From assembly GCA_965112155.1 (NCBI GenBank), contig OZ218101.1: DNA of 64,000 nt. One strand, written 5' to 3'. The notes below the pieces were generated by a model, which was given only the letters and a program-made list of their open reading frames with translations, was not told the DNA's origin and ran no database searches. Shown here in pieces: positions 60,230-64,000 of this stretch (the stretch's first letter is position 1; the number at the start of each line of letters is the position of its first letter). Source of the stretch: Podarcis liolepis (Eukaryota). A program made the translations under genes and the position numbers.

Positions 60230-63200
60230 TACCACCACCTTCAGCAGAGTTACTACTATTTGAATCAATGTTTTCATATGCTTTAAGCTTATCTTAGACT
60301 CTCCAACTGCTAGTGATCGTGTTGGCCCAATGCATGGCTGTTTGTTTGCTTACTTAATTTGTCTTTCTACCAAATGATGCTCGAGGCAGCCAAAACTAAA
60401 TTACAAAATAAAATACAAAATAAAATACGAAACAATAATACATTCCCATAGGCAGTGGTAGCAAGGCCTGTTTGTATCACTTATTCTCAAGGTAAACTCT
60501 GTTCAGCAAATTTTAGGATGTTAATTTTTCATTATTCCGACCGACCCGCACACATCCTCAGGAAAGGCAGTGCATAAATTAAAGGGGGAAATAATTAATA
60601 GCAATTATAAATAATAATGTTAGAAAATTCTTCTGACCAAGATTAGGATTCAGCATTTCAAGAATACGTAGGCACAGTTTGCGCATCATTGTAAATCGTA
60701 ATTAATGATTTACTGTAAGGTCACTGATCTTGCCTGCTTTGCTCTTCCCCACCGGTGAGCAGAGAAAACAAACGATTCTGGCATAGCCTTATCATGTTTT
60801 GTTTCATTGTTTTGTATGGCTCAGTACGACTGTAATCCACGGCATAACTTTCTTGACCTTTCAGTTTTAGCCAGCTAAGAATAATCGACAGTGTAATCCT
60901 ATGCATGTCTACTCAGAAGTAAGCCCTATTTAATATAGTGGGGCGAAACTATTGTTAGTGAAAAATGCTTGCAGAGTTAAATCTTTGTGGTCTAACTGTT
61001 AACCAAACAGGGCTATAAAGTACTATACAATTATTTTTCAAAAAGAGATTCAGGTTGGAAGCCTCTAGGTGGCAGCACTAGACACTATTTCCATTTTATT
61101 TTTCAAAAGCTTTAATGAGTTATGCAGCAGGGTGATTAACTTTTAAACTTGCATAGCTCTCAAGTAAGACTGGGGAAGAGTGGTCCCCCCCCCTTATTAG
61201 CTTGTTTATTAAAATAACTAATTTTGAAATAATCACCCTGCAAATGGAAACTTTAGTCTTTACAAAATATTTCCTTTAAGCATAAAAATTACATTTAACC
61301 TGAGTACTATTACTTATTAACTGAAATTTAATTTTTTACACTTTTCCCCAAGGCATGATCATATGAAAGCTTATTAGACTATTCTTGCTGTTAATAGAAT
61401 GTAATGGCTTTTAAAGTAAGAGATGAGTTTGTGATCTAAGATTCTTCTACCTCGCTACTTAATTTGGGGGATCCTAAGCGAATTAATTATTAAAAGCCTG
61501 TATATGAAAAAATAATTCACAATTAATTTTGACAGGTTAACTCATAAGCAAGAGAGATCAGTTCAAACAAGTCCTGGGGTTTCTCTTTTCTTTCTTTTTT
61601 TAAGGACTCTGATGGTAAGATGTATTGCTTCCATGAAATTTACTGATCGTTAGTTTTGTTTTATTTTTATTTCTGGAACAATGCTGAAAGTGGAACAAAA
61701 TACAATATTATTAATCCAGGTATTTACTTAGGTGTCCTTAAAATTATACCTCTTTTTTTGCTTGGTTTGCTGTGGGCTTGAATCAGGACCACAGTTGGTT
61801 ATGTTGTTTCCAGACAAAATAATTATTAATGCTAAAATGAAGGTTGGTGTAAATTGCTATTGATGAGCACCATTGACATCAGTCGAGCTCTGATTCACAC
61901 AAACTGTATCTGAACTTCTCATAAACGAAGACAGATGGCTTACCTATACCTCTTTGTTTCTGTATCTCCAGTTCCAATATATATTTTTTTCTGATAATAT
62001 TAAGTAAGGTTATCCATGCTACAGCATGAAAGCGCGGGGGGGGGGGGAATTCTATTCAATATTACTACTTAAATATATTTTAAGAGTCCCCCCCTTTCTG
62101 ATTAATTCTAACATGATGCAAAATATTACGATAGAAAATGGTATTCAGTAAGTTTTCCTTTAGCACCTCTACATTACAAATAAACTCTTTTTGTAAGCTT
62201 GTTCTCTTAGGGAAATAATCAGAATTTATTTTCAATTGCTAAAAATGCTATTTGTCAAGCATCCCAGTTATAAAATATTTTAATGTTAATGACTTTCTAA
62301 AACACTAAGTAGATGAAATGGGCATTCGTTTCAGACTTCAACCCATCAACCACTTCAGAATAGTATCAGAAGTAATAGTGGTACTTTTAGACTGCTCCAA
62401 CGAAGGTAGTATGTGGCTTGAAGTCCTAGTGAATGTATGAAGTAGTAGTAGTTGAACACTGAACATACATTTTTTAAAAAGCAAGTTGTTGAAATATTGT
62501 TTCACCTATCTTATGTTTTTACAATTTAAACTGGAATTAATTTTGTCAAAACCCTATAATCCCTATCTAAATTCATTAAGCTAAAATAGATGCCCTGTCA
62601 GTCAAGGGTGTGCCATGTGTCAGTGTTAATATTCCTTATGCTGTAAAAAGCATTCCTTTTAATTCTTCATTAGTAATGATAAATTCAACTCTCTTCCTAT
62701 TACACATGGAAGTTTTAAATAAAATAAGTAAGCAAGCCCTCATGACGTGAGCATTCTTGCAATACTTTTTTTTTGTCACTCCTGAAGGTGACGTACCTAT
62801 TGCTTAACAATTATAATGACACTCAACCAAATTCTTATTCTGTATCCTTGTGTGTTAAATTAGTTACCTTTATCTTTGATCCTGGCCGGCTTTTTAAAAT
62901 GCATCTCTAAATACAAAACACATTAGTACAATAATAAATTGTTGCTCATATTTCCCAAACTTTCTGTGTTCTGGTAACCAAAAGTGCTTTTTTGTCTTCA
63001 ATTCGCACTTTTTAAATACTGCTGCTGAATTTTAACAACTGCATTAGATTGAAACCTACATGCTGTTAACCACTGAGCCAAAATGAAATCGACCACTGCA
63101 TTGAAGTCTGAGTTGGCAGTTGTGTACAGTCTTGAAGGAGTGGGTAATAGCAGTACAACCAGGTTTCTTTTAATGGAGTTTTTATATTCTCCCTTTCATT

Positions 63201-63603
63201 TTAATGATGCCATTCTGGTTTAAAGACTTTCCTAATAAAGATGCACAATTTTATTCAAATATTCTCTGTGTAACTTAAGAAAATAGCAATAAAGCTGTTC
63301 TCTAGGAGTAGCATCTTCGTAAACAAAATGTTCTATTGCATACTCCCCATGGTAGATAATGCATTGTGCTTGTTTTATTTATAAAGCAATTTTGTGTGAA
63401 AAGATAAGTAATTTCTTCATGTTACTCAGCTCTTCATCTTAAGTTTAAAATGGGAAAACGTATTCTCTTCTCTTTTTTTAAACACCTTTTCCTTAGGATT
63501 CAGTCTTCCTTTGGATTTTACAGTTTGTAATTCCTATTTGAAGCTGTATCAACTTAGATGAATTGCTTTCTACGGACTTTGAATTTATATTTCTTATTAC
63601 CAG

Positions 63604-63785
63604 GGCTGGATCCCTCACAGTTCAGAGTCTCTCACCATTATCATAAAGATGAGGAGAATGATGTTTTGTTTGGAGGGCCAGTTCAGCTCACTGATGAAGA
63701 GAAATATAAAGACTGTGAAAGGTTCAAGTTTGCTTGCCCAAAGTGTGGGACAGAGAACATTTATGACAATGTCTTTGATGGTTCG
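63604..63785 (+). CDS. POLA1: POLA1 exon 33 (start of C-terminal zinc-binding domain)
   Basis: taccag|GGCTG...TCG|gttagt; 182 nt; [20 protein letters not shown]...[24 protein letters not shown]; the gene continues beyond the window. Confidence 0.96.
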
Positions 63786-64000
63786 GTTAGTATTCTGATA
63801 TTTATATTTTGAGAACAAATTCTCTGTATAGGAGATGGTATAAGAAGGAAAAGAGCCAGTTAGATTTTCTAAGTTTCCATAAGGGGCATTTGTATGTTAA
63901 TGCCAAATCCAGTTTTCCATACTATTCTCATGTGCTTTTTCAAAGTGTTACACATATATAGCATCTTAGAGCTGCTTACTTAATAAGGCCTATTCAGTGT

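Overview
Squamate genomic DNA, probably a lacertid lizard judging from the repeats (Sauria SINE, Squam3-like SINE, Bov-B, Tc1/mariner and hAT MITEs). The whole window lies inside POLA1 (DNA polymerase alpha catalytic subunit) on the + strand. Thirty consecutive coding exons (4-33 by human numbering, recalled from memory) can be read with GT-AG boundaries and consistent phases, including the DFNSLYPS, KxxxNSxYG and YGDTDS motifs; the gene is cut at both window edges. Intron 23 hosts a box H/ACA RNA whose 3' pocket matches U6 snRNA U40 (SCARNA23/ACA12 ortholog). Intron 26 (22 kb) contains many transposon fragments, a 302-N gap, a Penelope-derived minimal hammerhead ribozyme and AT-rich blocks that may be ARX-type conserved enhancers. 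The most unusual observation is that most POLA1 introns carry their own 150-620 nt non-repeat segment that folds by eye into a nested, multibranch, G-U-rich RNA structure on the sense strand. These segments share no obvious primary sequence and are often closed by a long-range stem. The folding was done by hand and needs computational and experimental testing. Most ORFs in the supplied track are spurious.
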